Of a stretch of DNA of 64,000 bases, positions 41,497 through 50,613 are shown piece by piece. The notes beneath the pieces were generated by a model that saw only the letters and a list, made by a program, of their open reading frames with translations, searched no databases and had not been told where the DNA came from. Source of the DNA: Candidatus Oxydemutator sp. (GTDB lineage: Bacteria > Pseudomonadota > Gammaproteobacteria > Poriferisulfidales > Oxydemutatoraceae); assembly GCA_965203445.1 (NCBI GenBank), contig OZ241883.1, positions 416,001-480,000 on the forward strand, written 5' to 3'. The translations under genes and the position numbers were made by a program. Within the stretch, counting starts at the first letter, position 1; each line of letters begins with the position of its first letter.

Positions 41497-43098
41497 TCAG
41501 TGCCACAATCGTTTTGCCTTGAGGTGGAAAATTGTTTCCGAATATGCGGCCGTGCGGTCTTTTTCTACGCGGTTGAGGACGGGGCGTCTGTATTGGTGGA
41601 CGATCCGCAAATCGGAAGCCTCGGCAATCTGCGGATACAGGTCGTATTTGTCGTTGGCGACGAGGAAAACGTCGAAATCGTCGCGCAGGAAACGCCGGCA
41701 ATTCACCAGAACCTTTGCGATCTCGGTCGCATAAGAGGCGCGCGCCTGCCTCCCCTGGCCCTTGGAAAGCGGCCCTATCTCCCATGCGTCCCGGCGCGAG
41801 AAACCGAAGAGATCGTAGGAGTAGGCATGCTGCTCGTGATAATCAATCAGGCCGACGTAGGGCGGGCTGGAAAAAATCCCCTTGATCTTCTGCGAGGCGA
41901 CCAGATCGGCAAGCGCCTTGTTTTTTCCCGCAAGGGCCGCGCGGACGTCTATCGTCCGGCTGTCGCCGACCAGGCAGTGCTGATGCGTTCCCGTGCGCAA
42001 TGCGCCGAAGTCGCGCAGACGCCGGCACGTGTCCTCGCAATAGCGCCGCCACCATCCGAAAAGCGACAAAATCGGCTTGCAGACCTTTCCGTGCTTCTTG
42101 CAATAATAGGGACGCGCGACGGGTTCCTTCAGCGTCCCCAGATCGGCGTGGGTCGTCGCGCGGCAGGAGCGGATCGTGCGGCTCAGCACGACCCTCGCGA
42201 CGTCTTTCACGTCGGCGCGGCGTATCCCTTGCAGCCGCGCCAGCAGAAAATCCATCTCCCGTCTGACCGGCGGCGCATACCATTTGTCTAAAAAGTCGCG
42301 CCCGCCGGGCGGCGCGACCTCGACGCCGTATCGCCGCACGAGACCGTCGAAAACAGGCAGAAATTCTTTCAGCTTCTCCGCCGCGTAACGACGCTCGGGA
42401 ATTTTTCCCTGATTCACGTCGCGGCGATAATCGGGAGACGGAAAGTATTTCTGATTAAACGCCTTCAGGCGATCCGTCAGTTCGGCGTCAAAGAGGAGAT
42501 GGGCGCCGCCCTTGCGGAATTCCCGCAAAGACTCGGTCAGGCGCGAGAACACCGATTCGACGCGATCCACGTCACAGGTGCCGATTTTCACGTTGCCGAC
42601 GAGGGCGTTGAACGCTGAGACGTCCACGCCTACCGCGTGCATTCCAAGCTCGTTGGCCTGCACCAGGGTCGTCCCGCTGCCGCAGAAAGGATCCAGCACG
42701 ACGTCCTCCTCCCCGAAGCAGGCCTCTTTCTTGAAAGCGTCGGTATGGCCGTCCAGGAAATACTCTGCGAGCTGCGGGATGAACTTGCCCTTGTAGGGAT
42801 GCAGACGATGGACGTGCTTCGTTCTTTCGGCTTCCCGGTATTCGGTGAAAGAAAGCCGCCAGTTGAGATCGTCGCCGAGCTGCTCTTTCCAGCGTTTTTC
42901 CTGGGGGCCTATCTGATTCCGATAATAGTCTTCCAGATCGCCGGCACGGACGGCAGGGCCGCCGTCGCCGGCGCTTTTTCGCACCCTGCCGTACTGGACG
43001 AGATAGCTGATATTGGACTGCGTGACTTGTCGGCCCAGCAGCTTGGAAGCGAACCGGCTCGCTTCCGCCAAAGTCAGCAGGTCTGCGTCTTTTGCCAC
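41497..43098 (-). CDS. DNA methyltransferase (likely N4-cytosine) with N-terminal HTH
   Basis: HPYKGKFIPQ, DPFCGSGTT (motif I), SSPPY (motif IV). Confidence 0.88.
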   Translation of the reverse strand: MAKDADLLTLAEASRFASKLLGRQVTQSNISYLVQYGRVRKSAGDGGPAVRAGDLEDYYRNQIGPQEKRWKEQLGDDLNWRLSFTEYREAERTKHVHRLHPYKGKFIPQLAEYFLDGHTDAFKKEACFGEEDVVLDPFCGSGTTLVQANELGMHAVGVDVSAFNALVGNVKIGTCDVDRVESVFSRLTESLREFRKGGAHLLFDAELTDRLKAFNQKYFPSPDYRRDVNQGKIPERRYAAEKLKEFLPVFDGLVRRYGVEVAPPGGRDFLDKWYAPPVRREMDFLLARLQGIRRADVKDVARVVLSRTIRSCRATTHADLGTLKEPVARPYYCKKHGKVCKPILSLFGWWRRYCEDTCRRLRDFGALRTGTHQHCLVGDSRTIDVRAALAGKNKALADLVASQKIKGIFSSPPYVGLIDYHEQHAYSYDLFGFSRRDAWEIGPLSKGQGRQARASYATEIAKVLVNCRRFLRDDFDVFLVANDKYDLYPQIAEASDLRIVHQYRRPVLNRVEKDRTAAYSETIFHLKAKRLWH

Positions 43099-43129
43099 GT
43101 TTCCGGTGCGGCGCCCGTCGCGCGCCCGC

Positions 43130-44500
43130 TCAGCCGCCCGATTTCTTGTCCGCGTAATACTCGTGCGTCAGCTTGACGATGATCGGCGACAACAGCGCCA
43201 GCGCGATCAGGTTGGGCAGCGCCATCAGCGCGTTGAACACGTCGGCCACCAGCCAGATCAGGTCTATGCCGGCCCTGGCGCCGCCTTCCCACAGCAGCAC
43301 CAGCGGCCCGACGAACACCGTGACCAGATACAGCAGACGATAGACCGTGACCTGATTCAGGCCGAACAGATACTGCCAGCATTTCTCCCCGTAATAACTC
43401 CAGCCGAGGATCGTCGTGTAGCCGAACAGGATGACCGCGGCCGCCAGCAGGTATTCGCTGCCGGGCAGCACGCTGGCGAACGCCATCGTCGTCAGGTCGA
43501 CGCCGGTCTCGCCGGTCTCCCAGACGCCGGTTACGACGATGGCGAGGCCGGTTATCGTGCAGATGACGAGGGTGTCTATGAAGGTTCCGAGCATCGCGAC
43601 GTGGCCCTGGCGCACCGGGCTGTCGGTCTGGGCCGCGGCGTGCGCAATCGGTGCGCTGCCTAAGCCGGCTTCGTTCGAGAACACGCCGCGCGCGACGCCG
43701 AAGCGGATCGCGGCCCAGACCGCGGCGCCGGCGAAGCCGCCGGCCGCGGCCGTGCCGGTGAAGGCGGTGGAGACGACGAGAGCGACGGCCGCGGGAATTT
43801 CGGTCACGTGCGCGAACACCACGATCAGGCCGGCGAGCACGTAGAGCACCGCCATCGTCGGCACCAGTTTGCTCGCCCACGTGGCGATGCGGGCGATGCC
43901 GCCGAACAGTACGATCGCGGTCAACGCGGTGAGCACGACCGCGGTCCACAGCGGCGAGAAGCCGTGGTCGTCGAGCGCGTCGGCTATCGAATTGGACTGG
44001 ATCATGCAGCCGATGCCGACGGCGCTGACCGTGCCGAACGTTGCGAACAGAAAGGCGAGCCACTTCCAGTTTTCGCCGAGTCCGTTTTTGATGTAGTGCA
44101 TCGGGCCGCCGATGCGTTTGCCGGCGGCGTCGGTCTCGCGGAAGCGCACGGCACACACCGCCTCGCTGTATTTCGTGGCCATGCCGACGAGGGCCGTGAT
44201 CCACATCCAGAACAGCGCGCCGGGGCCGCCGAGCGCGATTGCGGTCGCGACGCCGGCGATGTTGCCGATGCCGATGGTCGCCGACAGCGACGTCATCAAC
44301 GCGCGGAACGCGCTGATGTCGCCCTCGCCCTGCGCCTCCCGTCCCTGCCACAACAGCGAGAAGCCGTAGCCGATTTTTCGCACCGGCAGCCACGACAGCC
44401 GGGTCGTCAACAACAGCCCGACGCCGAGGATCGCGATCAGCATCGGCGGCCCCCAGACGATGCCGCTGACGGTGCCGATGAAGTTTTGTAATGCCTGCAT
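43130..44500 (-). CDS. alanine/glycine:cation symporter (AGCS family)
   Basis: GIGNIAGVATA, GGPGALFWMW, GGPMHY, FSNEAGLGSA. Confidence 0.95.
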   Translation of the reverse strand: MQALQNFIGTVSGIVWGPPMLIAILGVGLLLTTRLSWLPVRKIGYGFSLLWQGREAQGEGDISAFRALMTSLSATIGIGNIAGVATAIALGGPGALFWMWITALVGMATKYSEAVCAVRFRETDAAGKRIGGPMHYIKNGLGENWKWLAFLFATFGTVSAVGIGCMIQSNSIADALDDHGFSPLWTAVVLTALTAIVLFGGIARIATWASKLVPTMAVLYVLAGLIVVFAHVTEIPAAVALVVSTAFTGTAAAGGFAGAAVWAAIRFGVARGVFSNEAGLGSAPIAHAAAQTDSPVRQGHVAMLGTFIDTLVICTITGLAIVVTGVWETGETGVDLTTMAFASVLPGSEYLLAAAVILFGYTTILGWSYYGEKCWQYLFGLNQVTVYRLLYLVTVFVGPLVLLWEGGARAGIDLIWLVADVFNALMALPNLIALALLSPIIVKLTHEYYADKKSGG

Positions 44501-44529
44501 GGTGTGCCCCGTTGGTTGAGCTGCCGCAA

Positions 44530-45177
44530 TTATACGGCGGCGATTGCGTTTTTATCGGGCCACGTGCAGCAATCCGCTATCGGGCAGTCGGCACACGCCG
44601 GGTTGCGCGCCTTGCACGTGTAGCGCCCGTGCAGGATCAGCCAGTGGTGCGCGTGGCGCTTGAACTCGTCGGGAACGACCGCCAGCAGTTTTTTCTCGAC
44701 CGCCTCGGGCGTCTTGCCCGGCGCCAGGCCGGTGCGGTTCGCTACCCGAAAGATATGCGTGTCCACCGCAATCGTCGGTTGGCCGAAGGCGTTGTTCAGG
44801 ATTACGTTCGCGGTCTTGCGCCCGACGCCGGGCAGGCTGGTCAGCGCTTCCATGGTGCCCGGCACGCGCCCGCGGTGTTCGGCGAGCAGGATTTTGCAGG
44901 TGGCGATGATGTTGTCGGCCTTGGAATTGAACAGGCCGATGGTGCGGATGTGGGTTTTCAGTCGCCGCTTGCCAAGCTCCAGCATTTTGGCGGGCGTGTT
45001 CGCCTCCTTGAACAACGTGCGCGTCGCCTTGTTGACGCCGACGTCGGTCGCCTGCGCCGACAATATCACCGCGACCAGCAACTCGAAGCGCGAGCGATAG
45101 ACCAGTTCGCTGCGCGGGTTCGGATTGCGCTCGCGAAGGCGGGTGAAAATCGTGCGGGCGGCGGCGCCAGGCGGCAT
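44530..45177 (-). CDS. nth: endonuclease III
   Basis: LSAQATD, LPGVGRKTA, VDTH, C-x6-C-x2-C-x5-C. Confidence 0.96.
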   Translation of the reverse strand: MPPGAAARTIFTRLRERNPNPRSELVYRSRFELLVAVILSAQATDVGVNKATRTLFKEANTPAKMLELGKRRLKTHIRTIGLFNSKADNIIATCKILLAEHRGRVPGTMEALTSLPGVGRKTANVILNNAFGQPTIAVDTHIFRVANRTGLAPGKTPEAVEKKLLAVVPDEFKRHAHHWLILHGRYTCKARNPACADCPIADCCTWPDKNAIAAV

Positions 45178-45181
45178 GGTT

Positions 45182-45592
45182 TCAGCTTGACCGCGCGCCG
45201 CCGGTGGCCGCGGCGACGCGCCGTTGCAGCGCCTGCCTGGCCGTATCGCGCGCACTTTTGCGGCGTTCGTCTTCGCGCGCAAGGCGCCGCTTGCGCGCCT
45301 TGATGCGCCGCGCGGCATCGCGCATTCGCCGTTGTCGCGCCTCGGGCGTCTCGGGCGTCTCGGGCTCAGGCGCCATTGCGATGCAATCCACCGGACACAC
45401 GGGCAGGCACAACTCGCAACCGATGCACTGCTCCTCGATCACGGCGTGCAACCATTGCGCTGCGCCGAGAATCGCGTCCACCGGGCAGGCCGCAAGACAC
45501 AGCGCGCAACCGATGCATTCCTCCTCGTCTATGCGCGCGACGGCGCACGTGAATTTCAGGCGCGGCGCGGCGCGCGTTGTCGGCGTCTCCAT
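45182..45592 (-). CDS. RnfB/RsxB-like 2x[4Fe-4S] ferredoxin (short)
   Basis: [16 protein letters not shown] and [16 protein letters not shown]; between metG and nth. Confidence 0.85.
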   Translation of the reverse strand: METPTTRAAPRLKFTCAVARIDEEECIGCALCLAACPVDAILGAAQWLHAVIEEQCIGCELCLPVCPVDCIAMAPEPETPETPEARQRRMRDAARRIKARKRRLAREDERRKSARDTARQALQRRVAAATGGARSS

Positions 45593-45596
45593 GCGC

Positions 45597-47651
45597 CTAC
45601 CGGATCTTCATGCCCGGCTGCGCGCCGGCGTCGGGTGCGATCAGGAACAGTTCGCCGCCGCCGGCGCCGGCGGCCAGCACCATCCCCTCGGAGACGCCGA
45701 AGCGCATTTTCTTCGGCGCCAGGTTGGCGACGACGACGACCAGGCGGCCTGGCAGGCGCTCGCTCTCGTACGCGCGGCGGACGCCGGCCATGATCGTGCG
45801 GTTGCGCGCCTCGCCCACGTCTATTGCAAGGCGCAGCAATTTGTCGGCGCCCTCGATTTTCTCGGCGCTGACGATTTTGCCGACGCGCAGATCGAGCTTC
45901 TGAAAATCGGGCAGCCCGATTTGCGCCGCTTGTGTGGGCGCGTCGTCCGCCGCCGACGCACTCGTTTCAGATTTCGGGGCGCTGCCGGGCGTTTCCACCA
46001 GACGCTTCGCCACGTCGCGCTCGATGCGCGTGAGCAGCGGGCGAAAGCGGTTGATCCTGTGGTGCTCGCCGGCACCTGCTTTTTCCACGAAAGGGTCGCG
46101 TTGCCAGTGCTGTAACGAACAGTTCAAAAACGCCTCGGCCCGCGCGCACGTCTCGGGCAGCACCGGCTTCAGGTAGAGGACGAGGCGGCTGAACAGCAAC
46201 AGGCCGAGACTGCATACGACGTGCAGCTCGCCGCCGGCGTCCGGGCGCTGCTCGCGTTTTGCGATCTGCCACGGCTTGTGGCGATCTATGTAGCGGTTGG
46301 CCTCGTCGGCGAGCGCCATGACGGCGCGCATCGCGGCCGCGTATTCGAGGGTCTCGTATCGGCGCGCGACGTCGGCGCCGGCGTCCTGGAAACGGCGATA
46401 GAGATCGTGGCCGACGGTCTTGTCCGTGCACAGGATGCGGTCGTCGAAGTACCGGTGGATGAAGCTCGCGCAGCGGCTTGCGACGTTGACGATTTTGCCG
46501 ACCAGATCGCCGTTGACGCGCTGCACGAAATCGTCGAGTCCCAAGTCGGCGTCGGCGACGTTGTCGCCGAGTTTGGCGGCGAAGTAATAGCGCAGATACT
46601 CCGGCGACAGATGCCGCAGATAGGTCTTTGCGGTGATGAAGGTGCCGCGCGACTTCGACATTTTCTGGCCGTCGACCGTCACGAAGCCGTGGCAGTGCAC
46701 CGCGGTCGGCTTGCGAAAACCCGCGCCCTCGAGCATCGCCGGCCAGAACAGCGTGTGGAAATAGGCGATGTCCTTGCCGATAAAATGGTGCAGTTCGGCG
46801 TCGGAAGCGGCGCCCCAGAAGCGCTCGAAGTCCACGCCCTCGCGTTTGCAGTAGTCTTTGAAACTCGCCATGTAGCCTATCGGCGCGTCGAGCCAGACGT
46901 AGAAGTACTTGCCGGGGTGGTCCGGTATCTCGAAGCCGAAGTACGGCGCGTCGCGCGAGATGTCCCAGTCTTGCAGCCCGGCGTCGAACCACTCGTCCAG
47001 CTTGTTGCCGATCTCGGGCTGCACGTGCCCGCCCTTCGTCCAGCGTTTGAGGCTGTCCTCGAAGTCGCGCAGCCGGAAGAAGTAGTGCTCCGATTCGCGC
47101 GCGACCGGCTTGTCGCCGGTCACCACCGACACCGGGTTTTTCAGTTCCGAGGCCGCATAGGTCGCACCGCACGCCTCGCAGCAGTCGCCGTACTGATCGG
47201 CGGCGCCGCAGCGCGGACACTCGCCCTTGATGTAGCGGTCGGGCAGAAACATCCCCGCCCGTTCGTCGTAGGCCTGGGTGACGTTGCGGCGCGTGACGTG
47301 CCCGCCCTCCTTGAGGCGGCGATAGATCAGCTCCGACAGTTCGCGGTTTTCGTCCGAATGCGTCGTGTAGTAGTTGTCGAAATGCACCAGAAACGCGGCG
47401 AAGTCGTCGGCGTGCTCCTTGTGCATACGCGCGATCAGTTCCTCGGGCGCCACGCCTTCCCGTTGCGCCTTGATCATGATCGGCGTGCCGTGCGCGTCGT
47501 CGGCGCAGATGTAATGACAGACGTTGCCGCAAAGCCGCTGAAAGCGAACCCAGACGTCCGCCTGTATGTACTCGAGCAGATGCCCGAGGTGTATCGGCCC
47601 GTTGGCGTACGGCAGGGCGTTGGTAACCAGTATTTCGCGCTTTTTTGTCAT
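45597..47651 (-). CDS. metG: methionine--tRNA ligase
   Basis: [17 protein letters not shown]-terminal tRNA-binding domain. Confidence 0.98.
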   Translation of the reverse strand: MTKKREILVTNALPYANGPIHLGHLLEYIQADVWVRFQRLCGNVCHYICADDAHGTPIMIKAQREGVAPEELIARMHKEHADDFAAFLVHFDNYYTTHSDENRELSELIYRRLKEGGHVTRRNVTQAYDERAGMFLPDRYIKGECPRCGAADQYGDCCEACGATYAASELKNPVSVVTGDKPVARESEHYFFRLRDFEDSLKRWTKGGHVQPEIGNKLDEWFDAGLQDWDISRDAPYFGFEIPDHPGKYFYVWLDAPIGYMASFKDYCKREGVDFERFWGAASDAELHHFIGKDIAYFHTLFWPAMLEGAGFRKPTAVHCHGFVTVDGQKMSKSRGTFITAKTYLRHLSPEYLRYYFAAKLGDNVADADLGLDDFVQRVNGDLVGKIVNVASRCASFIHRYFDDRILCTDKTVGHDLYRRFQDAGADVARRYETLEYAAAMRAVMALADEANRYIDRHKPWQIAKREQRPDAGGELHVVCSLGLLLFSRLVLYLKPVLPETCARAEAFLNCSLQHWQRDPFVEKAGAGEHHRINRFRPLLTRIERDVAKRLVETPGSAPKSETSASAADDAPTQAAQIGLPDFQKLDLRVGKIVSAEKIEGADKLLRLAIDVGEARNRTIMAGVRRAYESERLPGRLVVVVANLAPKKMRFGVSEGMVLAAGAGGGELFLIAPDAGAQPGMKIR

Positions 47652-47738
47652 TTGCGGGGTGGTGGCGGGATACGTTCGCGGCGAGGTCGGGCTGCTTTCG
47701 GGCGGGAAGCTTCGTTGCGCGGGGCGGCGGATACGGCT

Positions 47739-48002
47739 TTATTGCGCCCGCAATTTGCCGGAGGCGGTTTTCCCGGTTTTCTCAGTCTTCTCCAGGCACT
47801 CGGCCAGCCAGATTTTTATGATGGATTGCCGGGTCACCCCCAGACGGGCGGCTTCCCGATCTATGGACTCGATCATCCAGGTCGGGAAATCCACGTTGAC
47901 GCGCTTTTGCTCGCGCATCGGTCTCCTGGCCTTCGACAAGTCCAGGGCGCCCGTAATATCCTTTCCCTCGTCAAAGTTTTTATCAAAATGTTTCGCTTTC
48001 AT
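47739..48002 (-). CDS. BrnA-like/CopG antitoxin (intact copy)
   Basis: MKAKHFDKNFDEG...KRVNVDFP.WMIESID.EA.RLGVTRQSIIK. Confidence 0.85.
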   Translation of the reverse strand: MKAKHFDKNFDEGKDITGALDLSKARRPMREQKRVNVDFPTWMIESIDREAARLGVTRQSIIKIWLAECLEKTEKTGKTASGKLRAQ

Positions 48003-48139
48003 AGAGAGCAACCTCCTCGGGGTCGGGACTTCCGGACTGAATGTATAAAAATTATACCATTATGGAGTTTGCGAAGACTTTGTGATGTGACTTGCCCGAC
48101 TACCCCGGTATCATTTTTTCCAGATCTTGCCGGCGTGCT

Positions 48140-49486
48140 TCAGCCCTTTTTTCCCATCTCTTGCAGGCGCGCCTCCAGATCGGGCGGCGCCACAAATAGA
48201 AACGTGCGGCCCGCGCGCGAGTGGCGCAGCAGATCTCTCTGCTCCAACGTCAGCAGATCATTGCGCGCCGTCGCGTACGTGATGCCGTGGCTGTTGAGAT
48301 GCGACCTGATCGAGTAGCGAACACCGGGGTTGCGCAGGGCGTGTCCCAGCAGCGCGGTTTGCCGATGATTCAATCCGACGTCGGCGCGCAACATCTGCTC
48401 GATGGCGCGCACCTGCCCGCTTTTGCGCGCAATGTAATTGTGCAGTTGTTTGATGGCCCCGTTGATGACCCGCAGTTGGGCGAGAATGAAATAAGTAAGA
48501 TCGTTCTCGTCGGTTTCGGTGTAGAGAAACGAGCGTGCGTAAGCCGCCGGCGCCTTGCGCAGGATGCTGGAAATGGAAAGGAATTCGGCGAGCCAGTAGC
48601 CTTGTTTCAGCATCGCCCAGTAAAACAGGGCGCGCGCGGTGCGTCCGTTGCCGTCCATGAAAGGGTGGTCGTAGGCGAACCAGAAATGCAGGAGTATGGC
48701 ACGCACCACCGGATGTACGAATTCGTGGCGCGGGCCACCGTTGGCAAATCGGCAAAGCTTTTCCATGTGTTTTGGGATTTCCCGCGCCTTCGGCGGTTGA
48801 TGCAATAGCGTGCCGTCTCGGTCGTATACCGCAATTTCGTCGTCGGTGCGCAGCCACGGCGGGGGGCAATCGGCGGGCAGCGTGTCCTTGCAGATGACGC
48901 CGTGAATCTCCTTTATCAGGGCCGGCGTCATTTTCCGTTGCTTGTGTTCGCCCGTGAGTTGCATCGCATGGTAGTTGTTGAGAATCATCCGTTCGGCGCG
49001 ATCCACGGGACGGCGCCCGGAGCGCAACATTTCCTTTGCCACCTTGCGCGTCGTCGCGGCGCCTTCGAGCTGGCTTGAGGTGATCGCCTCCTCGATCAGC
49101 GAACCTTGCAGATAGCGGTCTTTGCTACGTGGATTGGCAATCGGGTCGGGCACGTTGATCTGGCCGCTTGCGCCCCGGTCAACGTTGTGCAGCATCTCGA
49201 GGGCGGGGTCGGGCATCGTGTAGGAAAAACTGCGCCCTGCACGATCCACGAGCGGGACGAAACGCCGGGTCTGCAATCGTGTCCATTTGATGGACGCCCA
49301 CCATTCCTCCGATGTAAGCCCCTTTGGGGGCCGCACGTAGCGCAGAGTATGCCAATGGCGGTATTTTCCCTCCGGAGCAGGGCCGGTTTCCGTTCCGGGC
49401 AACTGCGCGATGCGTCGCAGGAGATCAGCGTCGGCCAATTTCTCTATAGAATCTTCATATGTCGCTGGCGTTACAGGGATTTTCAT
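48140..49486 (-). CDS. Fic family protein with C-terminal HTH
   Basis: HPFMDGNGRTAR; inhibitory SSQLEG. Confidence 0.93.
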   Translation of the reverse strand: MKIPVTPATYEDSIEKLADADLLRRIAQLPGTETGPAPEGKYRHWHTLRYVRPPKGLTSEEWWASIKWTRLQTRRFVPLVDRAGRSFSYTMPDPALEMLHNVDRGASGQINVPDPIANPRSKDRYLQGSLIEEAITSSQLEGAATTRKVAKEMLRSGRRPVDRAERMILNNYHAMQLTGEHKQRKMTPALIKEIHGVICKDTLPADCPPPWLRTDDEIAVYDRDGTLLHQPPKAREIPKHMEKLCRFANGGPRHEFVHPVVRAILLHFWFAYDHPFMDGNGRTARALFYWAMLKQGYWLAEFLSISSILRKAPAAYARSFLYTETDENDLTYFILAQLRVINGAIKQLHNYIARKSGQVRAIEQMLRADVGLNHRQTALLGHALRNPGVRYSIRSHLNSHGITYATARNDLLTLEQRDLLRHSRAGRTFLFVAPPDLEARLQEMGKKG

Positions 49487-49920
49487 CTTCGGGTCTTTTT
49501 TATAAAAATCTATCAGTTCAGTTAAAATTAATAGATAGACCCTTTTTTGTCAATCATCTGTATGGGGCCACCACATTCTGGACAAATGGGGGAGTTGTTT
49601 CTCGACGGCTTGGCACGGGGCGATCTTCCCCAAACTCCAGTGTGGGCGCTCGGCGTTGTAGCGTTCCAGGTAGAGGAGCGTTCAAGGGCCGCGTCGCGAC
49701 TGCTGGTGCGACGACTTGCCAACGCCAACGCAAAACGACTGCTGTGATCCGTCACCGTGAAGATATAGTGACGACTGTTCCGTGCAAAAAGCATCGCTGA
49801 TTTTGGGCGTTAAGCACTGGTGCTTGCGCGCCAGTGCTTAACACGCTAAGCCCACCAGAATTTTGGGAGCGCAGCAAGTAAAATTTCTGCGTGTAGCGCC
49901 TTATCAGACATGGGTTCTCA

Positions 49921-50148
49921 TCACCGTTCTTTACATTCATATGCTTTACGAACGGTTGTTCTGATGTAGGCACTTAAACCTTCACCATATTGAGCGAGCC
50001 GCTTCATTTCTTTTATGTTCAATGATCCAGCACTCCAACAGGTGTAACGATAAATAGAACCATTATTAAACTGTACACGGATGAAGTCGCTACCAATCTC
50101 ATAGCCGCATACACCAGAATCACCACCTAGATTTTTGTATCTTTCCAT
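49921..50148 (-). CDS. small KTSC-like protein, fused in frame to a truncated brnA copy
   Basis: MERYKNLGGDSGV.GYEIG.DFIRVQF..GSIYRYT...G.GL.AYI. Confidence 0.65.
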   Translation of the reverse strand: MERYKNLGGDSGVCGYEIGSDFIRVQFNNGSIYRYTCWSAGSLNIKEMKRLAQYGEGLSAYIRTTVRKAYECKER

Positions 50149-50233
50149 GACGCGCTTTTGCTCGCGCATGGGTCTTCTGGCTTTCGACAAGTCCAGGGCA
50201 CTCGTAACATCCTTTCCCTCATCAAAGTTTTTA

Positions 50234-50506
50234 TCAAAATTTTTCGCTTTCATAGAGAGCAACCTCCTCGGGTCGGGACTTTCGGACTGAAATGATGCGG
50301 ATATTTTCCCCACGATAGGTGATCACACATGACCAGTGTTTATCCGCAATCATTCCAATCACCAGATACCTCGGTTCGCCTTCATTTCTGGCTGGTATTT
50401 CCAACAAGTTGGAATCATCCCAAAGTTTTTGGGCATTGACAAAGTCAATGCCGTGCTTGCCGAGATTTGTCGTGCTCTTACGCCCGTCAAACTCGAATCT
50501 GACCAT
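50234..50506 (-). CDS. BrnT family toxin
   Basis: FEFD..KS..N..KHGIDF...EPR...IRIISVRK. Confidence 0.9.
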   Translation of the reverse strand: MVRFEFDGRKSTTNLGKHGIDFVNAQKLWDDSNLLEIPARNEGEPRYLVIGMIADKHWSCVITYRGENIRIISVRKSRPEEVALYESEKF

Positions 50507-50523
50507 GGTATAAAAATTATACC
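50507..50523. promoter_or_regulatory. palindromic operator overlapping the brnT -10 box
   Basis: GGTATAA-AAA-TTATACC perfect inverted repeat containing minus-strand TATAAT. Confidence 0.7.
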
Positions 50524-50613
50524 ATTATGGAGTTTGCAAAGACTTTGTGATGTGACTTGCCCGACTACTGCACGGGGCGCCGAGTAGTCGGCTATATGAA
50601 GAGAGTGGGGCAA

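Noticed and set aside
49528-49920. Short ORFs with a CPECG motif or an integrase-like YIFTVTD segment
   Set aside because: Too short and conflicting between frames to assign.
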